Positions 25,173-38,021 of a stretch of DNA of 64,000 nucleotides are shown here, one piece after another. Below the pieces are notes generated by a model. It saw nothing but the letters and a program-made list of their open reading frames with translations, was not told the DNA's origin and did no database searches. The translations under genes were made by a program, and so were the position numbers. The stretch comes from Octopus vulgaris (Eukaryota), in assembly GCA_951406725.2 (NCBI GenBank), contig OX597816.1:2790001-2854000 (forward strand), given 5' to 3'. Positions within the stretch are counted from its first letter, which is position 1. Every line of letters begins with the position of its first letter.

Positions 25173-25919
25173 AAATGATAAAGATATAACCACTACTGTA
25201 GCCATCGCCATCGTCATCGCCATTGGCTTCGGTTTCATTGTCAATAACAAGATAATCAAGAAAACTTCTCCTATTTCAAGTTTTCGCGTTTTCACACAAA
25301 ACTTCGGTATCTGTTTGCAAATTAAATTCTTTAAGTTACCATTTATATACAACCCGAAAATGAAGACGGAATACTTAATCTGATGAGTTACATTTACTTC
25401 ATTTAACTGGACAAAAATAATGACGACACCTACAGCTGTAATTGATGAAGGAACTAATTAACATGTAATGAGGAATTTAAATGAATCTTCGCTCCTAATT
25501 AAGAAACATTACACCGATAATACATTTGGTAGGTTTTGGTTCTTTTTCTCGTTTATTGATAGCTTTCGGTCAGTTCTGCAACATTTTGTCGGCCCTAAAT
25601 GATTTCGCAATCACTATAGAAGTTCTTTACTCCAATGAAAGAGAGAAAGTTTTTGGTTCTCCCGCCCTCCCCCTCTCTTTAGCTGCTCTGCATAATCCTC
25701 CAAGACAACGACGGCCGATGGATAGTTGAAGATTCTTTCTAATTGGTTTCATTTAGCATTTAAAGAAGATCAACTTAGTTACACTGTTGCGTCTCTTTAC
25801 GTTTTGCTGTCCACCTTTTTGAGACAGAGTTGCATAACGCGACTCTTCATTGGTTGTATGTAGCCCGGGTGACATTTTTTCCACAAGGTTCTACTTCAAA
25901 AAATATAATTAACAGGAAC

Positions 25920-26330
25920 AGGGGTGGTTGTGTGGTAAGAACCTTGGTTCTCAAACACATGGTTCCGGGTTCAGTCCCACTGCGTGGCAATTTAGGTGAC
26001 TGTCTTCTACGCTTGAATTACATCTCCCTTGGATATTTACCACTTCCAAGGTTCCGCTCGATGTGAAACATATCTAACCCGGATCTTATCTACTCCATTC
26101 CTTAACTCTTGGATATGTGTGTGTGTGTGTGTGTGTTTGTCCCCCATCACCACTTGATAACCGATGCTGGTGTGTTTACGTCCTCGTAACTTAGTAGCTC
26201 GGCGAAAGAGATCCATAGAATAAATACCAAACTTAAAAAATACTGGGAGCGATTAATTCGGCTTAAAAACTCCTTAAGGGGGTACTCCAGTATGGCCACA
26301 GTCTAATGACTGACAGAAGCAGAAGATGAA
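25920..26330 (+). mobile_element. SINE (ggttgtgtggtaag family), interrupted
   Basis: Head ggttccgggttcagtcccactgcgtggc and tail ccagtatggccacagtctaatgactga. Confidence 0.65.
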
Positions 26331-26639
26331 AGGGGCAAGTTCGAACCAACTCGTATAAACCAGCACATTTGATGTTGGAACTGTATTGATTGGTTCTTTT
26401 ATAAACAACCAAATTCGCATGGAGCGTCTTTCTTCGGTTGCCTCCCAAATGCTTTATGTTACTTTAAACATATTTCCAAGAAATATCACGGATTGCCTCG
26501 GAAGAATTCTGGATGCAGCATTGGAGCTTGTAAGAAATATAATTGGTGGAAGGCTTGCCGGCAGATTCAACGTTCGAACACTGGACAATGGCGTATTGAT
26601 TCCGAGATATAGATTATGTATGGGTGTATAGTGTACGTA

Positions 26640-26662
26640 CATATGTATTGGTACGTATGAAC

Positions 26663-26712
<50 letters not shown>

Positions 26713-26749
26713 TTATATATATATATGTATATGTATATGTATATATATA

Positions 26750-26784
<35 letters not shown>

Positions 26785-26826
26785 ATGTATATGTATATAT
26801 ATATGTATATGTATATATGTATGAAT

Positions 26827-26861
<35 letters not shown>

Positions 26862-26873
26862 CACATACACAGG

Positions 26874-26919
<46 letters not shown>

Positions 26920-26983
26920 TACACAGGCACACACGCACACACACACACATCTATATATAGATACTCCCACACACGTGTGTGTG
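26640..26983. repeat. (TA)n/(TATATG)n/(CA)n compound microsatellite
   Basis: Directly visible. Confidence 0.9.
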
Positions 26984-27097
26984 CAAACCTTAAGAAATAT
27001 ACAATTTATTCAGTCTTCAAAGCGAATGATTTATTTGTGTTTATTTCCTTCTCAAACAAATCGTATCCAGAATTATAAATTGATTTCTTTTACTCTC

Positions 27098-27190
27098 TGC
27101 TCTCTGTCCCAGCTTCCTTCTCTCTGTCCCAGCTTCTTTCTCTCTGTCCCAGCTTCTTTCTCTCTGTCCCAGCTTCTTTCTCTCTGTCTC
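27098..27190. repeat. 20-bp minisatellite tctctgtcccagcttctttc, about 4 copies
   Basis: Directly visible. Confidence 0.85.
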
Positions 27191-27649
27191 TCTGCTCCAT
27201 TCGCTCTTTCTCTCTTCGTCTCTCTATTCCGTGCATTACTGAAGCGACGGATTCCATTGAAAAAGATTTATTAATTCGTCAAGCATGCATTTTGTGAAGA
27301 ACTATATAATTAGAAGCAATAGCAGGAACTAAAAGAGGAAGTAAAATGAAGAGAGAGAGGGGGGGCAGAGAGAAAGAAAGAGAGAGAGAGAAAGAGGAGG
27401 GGTGACAGAGAGAAAGAAAGAGAGAGGAGAAAGTAGTGGTGTTGATGGTGGGAAATTGAAAATGTAAGATTTAGAGTTCTCGTGGTTGCTATTGTCGTTC
27501 TACGTTTGTTTTCTTAATATTGATCTGATAATCGGATTGATATTGATTAATATTTATGCAATTGCCACTCAGTATATTACTGTTATCTAACGTCTCATTT
27601 CTAAAATAGCTTCCCTTCTAGACCCGTGCGCACACACATACCTGTACAC

Positions 27650-28195
27650 AGAAACATGAATTGTAAATGTAAGGAACACAAGGAGAAAAATACAACACCA
27701 GGAATAGTTTTAACAAATATCGCATTAGTTTAACGCTAAACCGAACACGAAAGATATTAACGTTTCGGACGCTAGTCCTTCATCAGAAAAATAGCATATG
27801 AAGAGTAAGAAAGAGGAAAAGTAGTTGAGAAAATAGAAATAACGGCTGAGGTGTTAGGAGCCAAGTAAGGATGCAGTTCTGTAGGGGCGGGTTAAGAAAG
27901 GAAGAGGGGTAGATGTGTGTGTGTGAGCGCACAGGAATGTATCCATGTTTTGAGATAGGCATTATGAGGTGGTGGAGTGCGTGTTTTAATGGATGTATCA
28001 GTGTAGAGGTGGACAAATGCGGAAGTGTAGTGACACGGGTTAGTGGGAGGGATCGTCGGTCTGTGCATAGTGGTATTGTCTGTATCTATGCATGAGAAAA
28101 AGGGTGGAAGTGAGGGTTTGAAGCGGGTGAGGTAAAAGGGCAAGCAAGAGGAATATAGAGGGTGTGCAAGGATTTGGGCGTGAGATGCTGTTGCA
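27650..28195 (-). mobile_element. probable 3' end/pLTR of a Penelope-like element
   Basis: Contains a minimal hammerhead near its minus-strand 3' end. The upstream minus-strand translation ([16 protein letters not shown]) weakly resembles a PLE C-terminus. Confidence 0.45.
27755..27793 (-). ncRNA. minimal type I hammerhead ribozyme, intact core
   Basis: Minus strand: tattttt CTGATGA a ggac tagc gtcc GAAA CG TT aata. Stem III is reduced to the palindrome AACGUU and stem I is weak. Confidence 0.7.
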
Positions 28196-28360
28196 TACAT
28201 ATATATGCATATATATATATACGTATATATGTATACATATATGCATGTGTACGCGAATTTATAGATATATATCTATACACATACATACATATCTCATCCC
28301 ACATGTATATATGAAAGTACGTATAAATTTGTATGAATCTCTCTCTCTTTCTCTGTCCCT

Positions 28361-28670
<310 letters not shown>

Positions 28671-28782
28671 TAAATTTAACTCTTCGTTTTCATTCCCGTT
28701 CATAATACGTCGTTGTGTTCCTTATTTTATTCCTTTGGCCATAGAATGGCGTTTAGCTAATTCTTCATAATTTTGCAACCGT

Positions 28783-28950
28783 TAAGGTGGCGAGCTGGCA
28801 GAATCGTTCGCACACCGTATAAGAGTTCAAATTCCGCAGAGGTCGTCTATGCCTTTTATCCTTTCAGGGTCGATAAAATAAGTACCAGTTAAGCACTGCG
28901 GTCGATATAATTGTCTTACCCCTTTCTCTCCGAAATTGTTGAACTTCTGC
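28783..28950 (+). mobile_element. Nin-domain SINE, decayed
   Basis: aaggtggcgagctggcagaatcg...ctttcagggtcgataaaataagtaccag. Confidence 0.7.
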
Positions 28951-29154
28951 AGACGTCAGTTTCTTCTGACAATTTCTCAAATCACAGCATTTAATTCTAC
29001 TGTGGTTTGCTTTTTAAAAGTAGAAAATGTTGTATAATTGGATACAACATCCAAAATTATTATTTAATTATGTAATTAGTCCTCCTCCTCCCCATCCTCT
29101 ATGATTAATTATCAATTAATTCAATGCCGCAACTCCACACGGTATTTTATATGA

Positions 29155-29315
29155 ATATTGGTTTCAAATTTTGGCACAAGCCCAGCAAATACAGGGGAGG
29201 GGGTAATTTGATTACATCGACCCCAGTGCTTAACTGGTACTTATTTCATCGATCCCGAAAGGATGAAAGGCAAAGTCGACCTCGGCGGAATTTGAACTCA
29301 GAATGTAAGGACGAA
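29155..29315 (-). mobile_element. Nin-domain SINE, 5'-truncated
   Basis: ggatgaaaggcaaagtcgacctcggcggaatttgaactcagaa. Confidence 0.75.
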
Positions 29316-30371
29316 ATTAAAGGCTAATAATACATAATTTGTCGCCGTTGCTCGATTAACTAATGTTCCAGCCATTACACAGATAAGACTTTTCCGGACT
29401 GAAAAAGGTCTTTTTATTCATAAGTTTTGTTATTGTTTAAAAATTTGATTGTATTTATAGTCCTTAGGGGGAAGGTTTATTCAGCAGGTTCAGGAAAATC
29501 TTGGTAACTTTGGAACGTACATTTAAACCACATGTAGGATTATATCATATAATATTTAACTTTCTTCTTTTTTGCGTTTATGAATATTAGTGTTGCTCTG
29601 TATGTAATGCAGACGAGTGAATGATGAGATAACTGAATAAATACAAGTGTGATGATAAGCAAAATTATAATGGAAATATACAGAAAATATAAAATGTATA
29701 TAATGAGTAGCTAATGGCAAGTTTTAGAATTAGGGATGATAAGGTGGTGGTTGTAGTGGTAGGGATTAGGAGAAAAATGTTATGGGAACTAAATGATGGA
29801 CGGGTGTAAACTAAGATAGTAGTACAATATATATGTATATGTAATTTATGTGTTCGTGTCTGTGTGTGTAAATGCATTGAAGTGTATTTGATAGTATATC
29901 TCAGTCATTGTCTGTGTCAGACTTTGTATGCGTGTTTAGAGTCACAAAGAGAGGACGGCTGTACTTGTCAGTTTATAGGGTGGTGTGTGTGTGGGGGGGG
30001 GAGGTTAAAACAAACACTCAAAGTTTGATCGTTAGTTAATGTCACTTTCATTGTATCAACATTTTTAGCACTTTCGTGGTTGTAGTTACGTCTACTACAT
30101 CTTATAGCTACTTGCACGTAGGAATCTAAATATACTTGTGTTTGTACACGCGACATATGTGCCTACACACGCACACACACACACATATTAGACAAAATGA
30201 GATAACAAAGCCAAGGTATTGTCTTATATATACATACATGCCAATACAAGACCCACATTAGACTCCTTACTCGTATCACTATCGAACCAAGAGTTTAACT
30301 ACTGTCTGTCCATAGCACTTAGCGTTACCTGCCATTCTTTGAGTCTTCTACATGCCAATACCTCTCATATA

Positions 30372-30440
<69 letters not shown>

Positions 30441-30443
<3 letters not shown>

Positions 30444-31331
30444 TAGGTTGAAAAGGAACACAGAGTTGATATATATGGAAAAAAAGTCAAGGTAGAAAAT
30501 GCTAAAATAATTTTATAAAAAACATTTCAGTGCCGGTTTCAGGCATTCAGACTTTTTCAACTGTAAGTATGGAAAACAAACTAAATTTTGGAAAAATTAA
30601 AGGAACTTTTTTTAAAAGAATATTTGCATAGTATTCAAATACAAGGGATATTTTCCTTGTTTCTGCCTTCTCTGTCTCTCTTGTTTACTCTTGTGGGCTC
30701 GAGGTCGTTGTGAATTCTTGATAGGGAAGAAGAAGAAGAGTGTGGGAGTGCCATGATAGTAGTATGTTAAATGGTCTAGTGCCCTGAAAGTGACCCGTTG
30801 TGGATGGTGGTAGTGATTGAATTCTCGAGACACCTCTTTTGAATGTTTTGTTTATAAAATTTGCGTAGGTGTTATTCTAAACAGCAATAGTGGTAAAGTT
30901 AGGAAGAAGGTGGTGGAGAAGAAGATGACGAAGAAGAAGAAGAAAGAGAAGGGAGAATAAGAAGGAATGTAGGTAGTATGATAGTAGTAGGATGTTAAAT
31001 GGTCAAGTGACCTAAAAGTGATTCGTTATGGATTATAGCAGTGATTGGGACTGTTTTTTTAATGAATTCTTGGGAATCTCGTGAGTGTATCATTTTTAAT
31101 ATTTGCGTGTGTGTTTGTGTAATTCTAAGGCCGTGGTGGATATGTCGTTGTAGACGCGTTCAGAAGGGGTCTGTATTTTGTAATAAAGAGAATCTCTTTA
31201 CTAATTCGTTGGCTGCAGGTTGTATCGTCCCTGAATTTGAAGAGGGAAAAATTCTGAAGCTTGGATTTTTGTTATTGACGCAAATGTCTGTGTTGGCTGC
31301 ATGCTATTTTTCTGTTTTGGGGAATTTTGAT
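30441..31331 (-). mobile_element. 5'-truncated Penelope-like element (GIY-YIG C-terminus plus pLTR with decayed hammerhead)
   Basis: Minus strand 31331-31152 translates, with frameshifts, as IKIPQNRKIACSQH/DICVNNKNPSFRIFPL/KFRDDTTCSQRISKEILFITKYRPLLN. Hammerhead remnant at 30528-30563: cag TTGAAAA agtc tgaat gcct GAAA ccgg CA ctg. Confidence 0.7.
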
Positions 31332-31341
31332 CTAGGATCTT

Positions 31342-31396
31342 TGCAGACCAAAACCTTGAGTGGATTTAGTAGAGGGAAACTGAAAACAAGCCCGTC

Positions 31397-31492
<96 letters not shown>

Positions 31493-31693
31493 ATGTGTGT
31501 GTGTGTCTATGTTTTTGTGACATCCGATGTTGGTATGTTTACATCCCCGTAACGTAGCGGTTCGGCAAAAGTGCCCGATAGAATAAGTACTAGGCTTACA
31601 AAGAATAAGTCCTGTGGTTGATTTGCTCGACTAAAGGTGGTACTCCAGCATGGCCACAGTCAAAATGACTGAAACAAGTAAAAGAATAAAGAA
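31342..31693 (+). mobile_element. SINE 3' part (gactgaaacaag tail family)
   Basis: Homologous to 62170-62443. Confidence 0.8.
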
Positions 31694-31796
31694 TATATAT
31701 ATATAAGTTCAGTAAAAATTTACATTCAGATGAATATGGTACTTAAGTTAAATGCACCAGAATTTAGTTGTTATTATACATATAAACCAAATGGAT

Positions 31797-31829
<33 letters not shown>

Positions 31830-32280
31830 ATTAATGTATGTGTATATGAAAGTAAGAATGCATATTCGTGTTCGTAGCTACGACTATATTCATACGTCAC
31901 ATAGCAACCGCATATATTTAAAAATAGCACACTTGTGCATTGACAGGAATGTCTTTTCTGTGCTGTATGTACGCCGGTCTGTCTGTCTGTCTGCCTGTCT
32001 GTATGCATGTATGCGCGTCTGTATTTACACCCGAGTCGTTTATGCTATGTCCCTCTCTGACTCATTACCAACACTTAACGGCAATTACAGATTACTAAGC
32101 ACCCAGACTTAAATACGAAACGGTTTAGACTTGCTTGTCTGTACAAACTTGAAGGTGACACTCCATGATGGCCCAAATTATCGACTGAAGCCAATAAAAG
32201 GATATATGTATGTATGCGTGCGCGCGTGTGTGTGTATAAAGAATACATGTTCTATGTGTGTATATATATATATTTAAAAG

Positions 32281-32940
<660 letters not shown>

Positions 32941-33719
32941 TATATATAAATATACATGCACAAACATATCCATAGACATACCTGCACGCACACACGTGCT
33001 CGCGCGCGTCAACATCTGTAATGTATGTTTACTTATGTGTTGTTCTCTTGCATCTTGTCTTCCTGGTGGTTTATGATTCATCTGAATTTTTACAATTTCC
33101 CGTTTATCTTTTTTACACTTCCTGTCTTTCTTGGTTATCTTGTAAAGAATTAATTTCACTTCCATCAAACCATTTCGTTTTGTACTTAGTTTTTGTTTGT
33201 AGTCTTTCTCTTCTACATTGGTTGCTCGTTCGGCAAAATTCTAAATTTTAAATTCTAATTTTCTGCTCACTAAAAAGCCGGCCATTGTTTGTCTGAATAT
33301 TAAAACCCTTTTGTAAATCTTGATTTCTTCGGTTATCTTTTCCAAAAGCAGCTAGATGACTCTTGTAGGAACCAGTTTAATATGAAACACACTCCCTTGT
33401 TATCGGGTTTAGATAATCTAAACATATGCTAGCTCAATTATTCATAGTTATTTTTGTATTCGTGGTTCCTGAAAAACAAGATGGCGTCATAAGCCTAAAC
33501 TTTCCCTATTCTTCAATGAAGATTTTTCGAAATTATTACCATAAATATTAATCTCTAAAATAAAGAAAAGCCACATATTTTTCATTTTTTTCTATGACTC
33601 AATTAAATCGGTTTGAGCAGTTCCCTTGATCTTCTAAAGGGTTTCTGAGACAAGGAAGAGGAAGGACTAAGTTTATCTTCCAGGCCGGGAATTAATCAGA
33701 TTATCCCAACACTAATCCT

Positions 33720-34306
33720 GTTTTAGGAAATATTAAAGGAAACCATCTGGATCTGCTTCAAACAATGTCAGATTTCGTCGTGATGTGGTTAGCCTGGGTT
33801 CGCTTTTGATCAGGTGTCAGAAGACGTGGCACCTACCGAATAGAAACCTTGGTCATGCCAAGTCCTTTATGCAGAATATTCTCAAATCTCTCACGGCAAA
33901 TGAAAGCATTGCTATTTGATTTAGAGCCAATCGCCTGTCATCCATCACCATGGGGTTTACACAATCAATGTTTTCCTCGGTGGTGGCAGTTGCAGGACGT
34001 CCAGACCTTGGGTCATCTTCAAGAATCTCCCTTCCCCTCCTCGATTCAGCTGACCCTTTTTGCACTTTTGATAAAGCTGGAACATCATCTCCTAATGTAG
34101 CAATCATGTCAGCATCACTGTCCTTCGGTGGTGGGGAGGCTAAACCCTTTTTCTGCAGGCACTTGATAAGACCATGACTCCAAATTTTCAAGAGAAGTCG
34201 CCATTAGTTACTTTTGAAGTCTTTTTTGAACAGTCAGACGTCAGATTTCACAGCTCCAGCATCACTACTCCATAATCAGCCTATGAACTTTTCAGCCCAG
34301 CCTGGT
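33720..34306 (-). pseudogene. decayed mariner transposon 5' half
   Basis: Minus-strand translation IK.LQKKG...LGDD.P...V.K....RRGRE.LEDDPRSGRP...ENID....DRRL, then *VPRLLT (the WVPxxL motif). TIR-like ggctgggctgaaaagttc near 34285-34303. Confidence 0.8.
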
Positions 34307-34387
34307 GTGTGTGTGTGTATGTGTGTGTGTATGTGTGTGTGTGTGTGTGTGTATGTGTGCACGCGTGTGCATGCGTGCGTGTGTATA

Positions 34388-34782
34388 TCTTTATATATAA
34401 AAGTAAGGTTGTGTGCTGTCTGTCTTCTACGATTTAGATTCCTAACTACTCCCACATTTTGCGGTGCAATTTAACCAAAACCGGGTATCATATAGTCGTG
34501 ATTCATATCGAGCCCTTCTGGGTATTAGCGCGCGTCTACGATGAGTCTACGATTTAAAAAAAAAATTACCATCAATTTTTCCCATTTTTAATGCATTTTT
34601 GGCATATATAAGGGAAGTAACTCTCTAAAAACGTATTATTAAATCTTAGAACGTAAAAAGCTATAGTAACACCCCCCTTTGTGGTTAACCATATTGAGAT
34701 GGCTATTATACTTTACATCTCTAAAAATGCTTATATAGTTATTTCCCTTACAAACCCGAGCAACGCCGGGCGATATTGCTAG
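34388..34782 (+). mobile_element. non-autonomous Helitron (subfamily 1)
   Basis: 5' A|TC and 3' CTAG|T; subterminal hairpin cccgagcaacgccggg; no TSD. Copies at 58232 and 62454. Confidence 0.85.
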
Positions 34783-35010
34783 TATAATATAAAATACATA
34801 CATCATGTATGCATAATGGAAGCTGTCTGTTATTTGTCCAGTAATTGATGTCATTCGAAAATGTATTGCGCTTCTGAAGGCAAAGTTTGCATGGCTATGT
34901 CGGATTCTATCAGAAAAACATAGATTTGATGTAACACATATTTCAGCCGTTTGGTCGACCTAAGTTATTGATCTTTCGTTTTAAATATGCCAAGAAGTAA
35001 AGAACGGCCA

Positions 35011-35206
35011 GCGCGTGCGCACGCGCACGCACGCACACGCACGCACACGCACGCGCACGCACACGCACGCGCACGCACACGCACGCGCACGCACACGCAC
35101 GCGCACGCACACGCACGCGCACGCACACGCACGCGCACGCACACGCACGCGCACGCACACGCACGCGCACGCACACGCATGCGCACGCACACGCAATGCG
35201 CACGCA

Positions 35207-35238
<32 letters not shown>

Positions 35239-35250
35239 CATACACACACA
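35011..35250. repeat. alternating purine-pyrimidine tract with 9 x 16-bp unit acacgcacgcgcacgc
   Basis: Units in register from 35045 to 35188. Confidence 0.9.
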
Positions 35251-35769
35251 CTGACCGTTGAGGCAAAGGAAGCATGGATAATGATTTAACAATGAAGCTG
35301 AGAGCTACAACGATGTCTTCGAGATAATATTGTTTCTCAATGATTTGTATAAAGCAAAAGATCGAAATGCTTTTGTGAAAGGCGGTCCTTCAGAGTCAAA
35401 GTTGAGTATAAACGGATCTGCACACCAAAGTGCCAATTTCGCAGAATGGCGTGGATAAGCATCTTATTTCCAGTCGAATGTCCCAACAGATTGTTTGATC
35501 GCATTTCTGGAACATATGGAAACCCGTGTGGAGGTGGCCGGGAAACAGATGGATAAACCTAAATAAAACAGGTTGTGAAGGAACAGAAACGAAATATTAA
35601 TCGTGGATGAGATTGAGATGTCTTTAGAACACATTCAGATATCGGATCATTGTTAAGAAAATCTTATCTCCCTTCTTTAGCAAGCATTGTCAACAATTGT
35701 GCATTCTTTGCTGACGTATTGTACTTTCCTGTCCATGCCACTTCTCTCGCAAATTTCTTAAATTACTCA

Positions 35770-35801
<32 letters not shown>

Positions 35802-35805
<4 letters not shown>

Positions 35806-35950
35806 CGTTAGGAAGGGCATCCAGCCGTAGAAACACTGCCAGATCTGACTGGGCCTGACGAAGCCTTCCAGCTTCACAGACCCCAGTTGAGCCGTCCAAC
35901 CCATGCTAGCATGGAAAGCGGACGCTAAACGATGATGATGATGATGATGA
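35802..35950 (+). mobile_element. RTE-like 3' tail ending in (GAT)n
   Basis: Homologous to 2838-3025. Confidence 0.6.
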
Positions 35951-35961
35951 TATATATATAT

Positions 35962-36214
35962 AAAGTTAATCCAAACAAGAAAACACAAAAAAAAACAGCA
36001 AAGCGAGGACGTGGAACAAATAAAGTATTACTGGACGCTCAGGAAGAAGGGAAGAAGGAGGGTTTAACGTTTCGAGCGGAGCTCTTCGTCGGAAACAAAG
36101 GAGAAGGAAAGATCCCAAGAAGGGAAGACAGAAGAAAAAAAATTGCTGGCGGTGCTCACGAGGTCACATGTTGAAACACAAAAAAACCAGCAACGCGAGG
36201 ACGTGGAACAAATA

Positions 36215-36220
<6 letters not shown>
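35962..36220 (-). mobile_element. terminally redundant pLTR/retrozyme-like monomer (192-bp period) with minimal hammerhead
   Basis: Direct repeat gcgaggacgtggaacaaataaa at 36003-36024 and 36195-36216. Hammerhead at 36062-36096 (-): gttt CCGACGA a gagc tcc gctc GAAA CG TT aaac. (TA)n on both sides. Confidence 0.75.
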
Positions 36221-36266
<46 letters not shown>

Positions 36267-36271
<5 letters not shown>

Positions 36272-36462
36272 CTGAGGAGAGTCATTCTCTTTTAGTGTCT
36301 TATTACTTAACACACTCACCGGTTCGATTTCAAATGAGTGGAAGTCGAACCGGTGAGTTAAGTAATAAGGCACTAAAAGAGAATGACTCTCACCAGACAC
36401 AATAAAATATTCTTCAACACACGAATTCACATAAATAATCTTGCAAATCAAATACAAAAACC
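36267..36462. mobile_element. fold-back module in (TA)n
   Basis: Arms ~36267-36331 and 36341-36403. Confidence 0.65.
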
Positions 36463-36464
36463 AT

Positions 36465-36501
<37 letters not shown>

Positions 36502-36508
<7 letters not shown>

Positions 36509-36797
36509 ATTTATTAGGGAATAAAAATACCGGCTTCACAGGGATTCAAATAAAATGATTTATGCTCGATAAGGAAATATATGTTATTTGGAGATAGAAG
36601 TCCTCATGCAATTCTTCAAATCCTAATAGACATCACACCACATCGTAGAATTTTATTTTAATACTTACTAATCATTTCTAAATTGAGAAATTTAGAAATG
36701 ATTAGTAAGTATTAAAATAAAATTCTATGATATGGAGTGATGTCTATTAGGATTTGAGGAATTGCATAGAGACTTCTATCTCCAAATAACGTATATT
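36502..36797. mobile_element. fold-back module in (TA)n
   Basis: Arms ~36576-36684 and 36689-36797 with a 4-nt spacer. Confidence 0.7.
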
Positions 36798-36806
36798 CAC
36801 CCCCAC

Positions 36807-36868
<62 letters not shown>

Positions 36869-37087
36869 TGGCAAATAAGAAAATGGAGGAGAAATAATGG
36901 GTGGTTCATCAACTTTTAGACATTAAATTATGCTAACTTATTTATTTAATTACTAAACTGATAATTACAATAACATTCACACATATAATATATTATTCTT
37001 TACATATAAGATATAAGATATAAAATATAGTAATATATAATGATACCAGTAATTATTATAAAAAAAACACGAATATAAATTGGTAAA

Positions 37088-37216
37088 ATAACTTACAGCT
37101 GTTTCAGCCAATAGATAAAAATACCTCATTCTACATTTATTACTCAAGTGGATTGAGGTAATAGGTAGATGAACATGAGGTACTTGTATATATCTTTAGG
37201 CTTCGTCAGAGATTAT
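37088..37216 (-). ncRNA. type I hammerhead ribozyme, intact core, ~97-nt extended stem II
   Basis: Minus strand: ataatct CTGACGA agcc-[long hairpin]-ggct GAAA cagctg TA agttat. Confidence 0.75.
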
Positions 37217-37719
37217 AAACTACAAATTATAGTTCAGTTCATGTGTGTGTGAGTGGGAGAGGGGGTGTCTTATAATAAGGCACTGATGAAGTCATATGTC
37301 ACACTGACATTCCTCCCTGGGGCACAGTTCCTTGTAGCGGAAACAACAGTAAGCTACAGAAGATGATTGCGTAAATCTTGCTCTTTTGTGATTTCTCTCT
37401 CACGAGCACGCACACATACGCACACACACACACACACACAGACACACTCTCTCGTGCTCCCCGAACGCTCACCTTCTACTCTTTACCGCCCCCCCTATAA
37501 CATGAACTGTTTTCATGATTCCTTCATCTTCAAAACTACATAACACTGAAACATTTTATTCACGTTATCCATCGAAATAATAACCTAAAATCTCAAAATT
37601 AGTTGCATTAACTTCTTTTATTTGGCCAATCATCATCTGTTTTTTTTTTTTGCTCTGGGAAACTACTCAGGCTTACTAACAACTGAAAATCTATGTTGTT
37701 TCAGCCAAGATGAGGTCAA

Positions 37720-37823
37720 TACACATACACACACACACACACACACTTACACACACATACTTACACACACACACTTACACACACACATTTACACACACAC
37801 ACACTTACACACTTACACACACA

Positions 37824-37854
<31 letters not shown>

Positions 37855-38021
37855 TTACACACACACACTTACACACACACACACTTACACACACACACTT
37901 ACACACACTTACACACACACACACACACACATACACACACACATACACACACACATACACACACACACTTACACACACACACTTATACACACACACACAC
38001 ACACACACACATACACACACA
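37720..38021. repeat. (CA)n with CTTA interruptions
   Basis: Directly visible. Confidence 0.9.

Noticed and set aside
36268-36295. CTGAGGA followed by a gag/ctc hairpin
   Set aside because: Followed by TTTT rather than GAAA.
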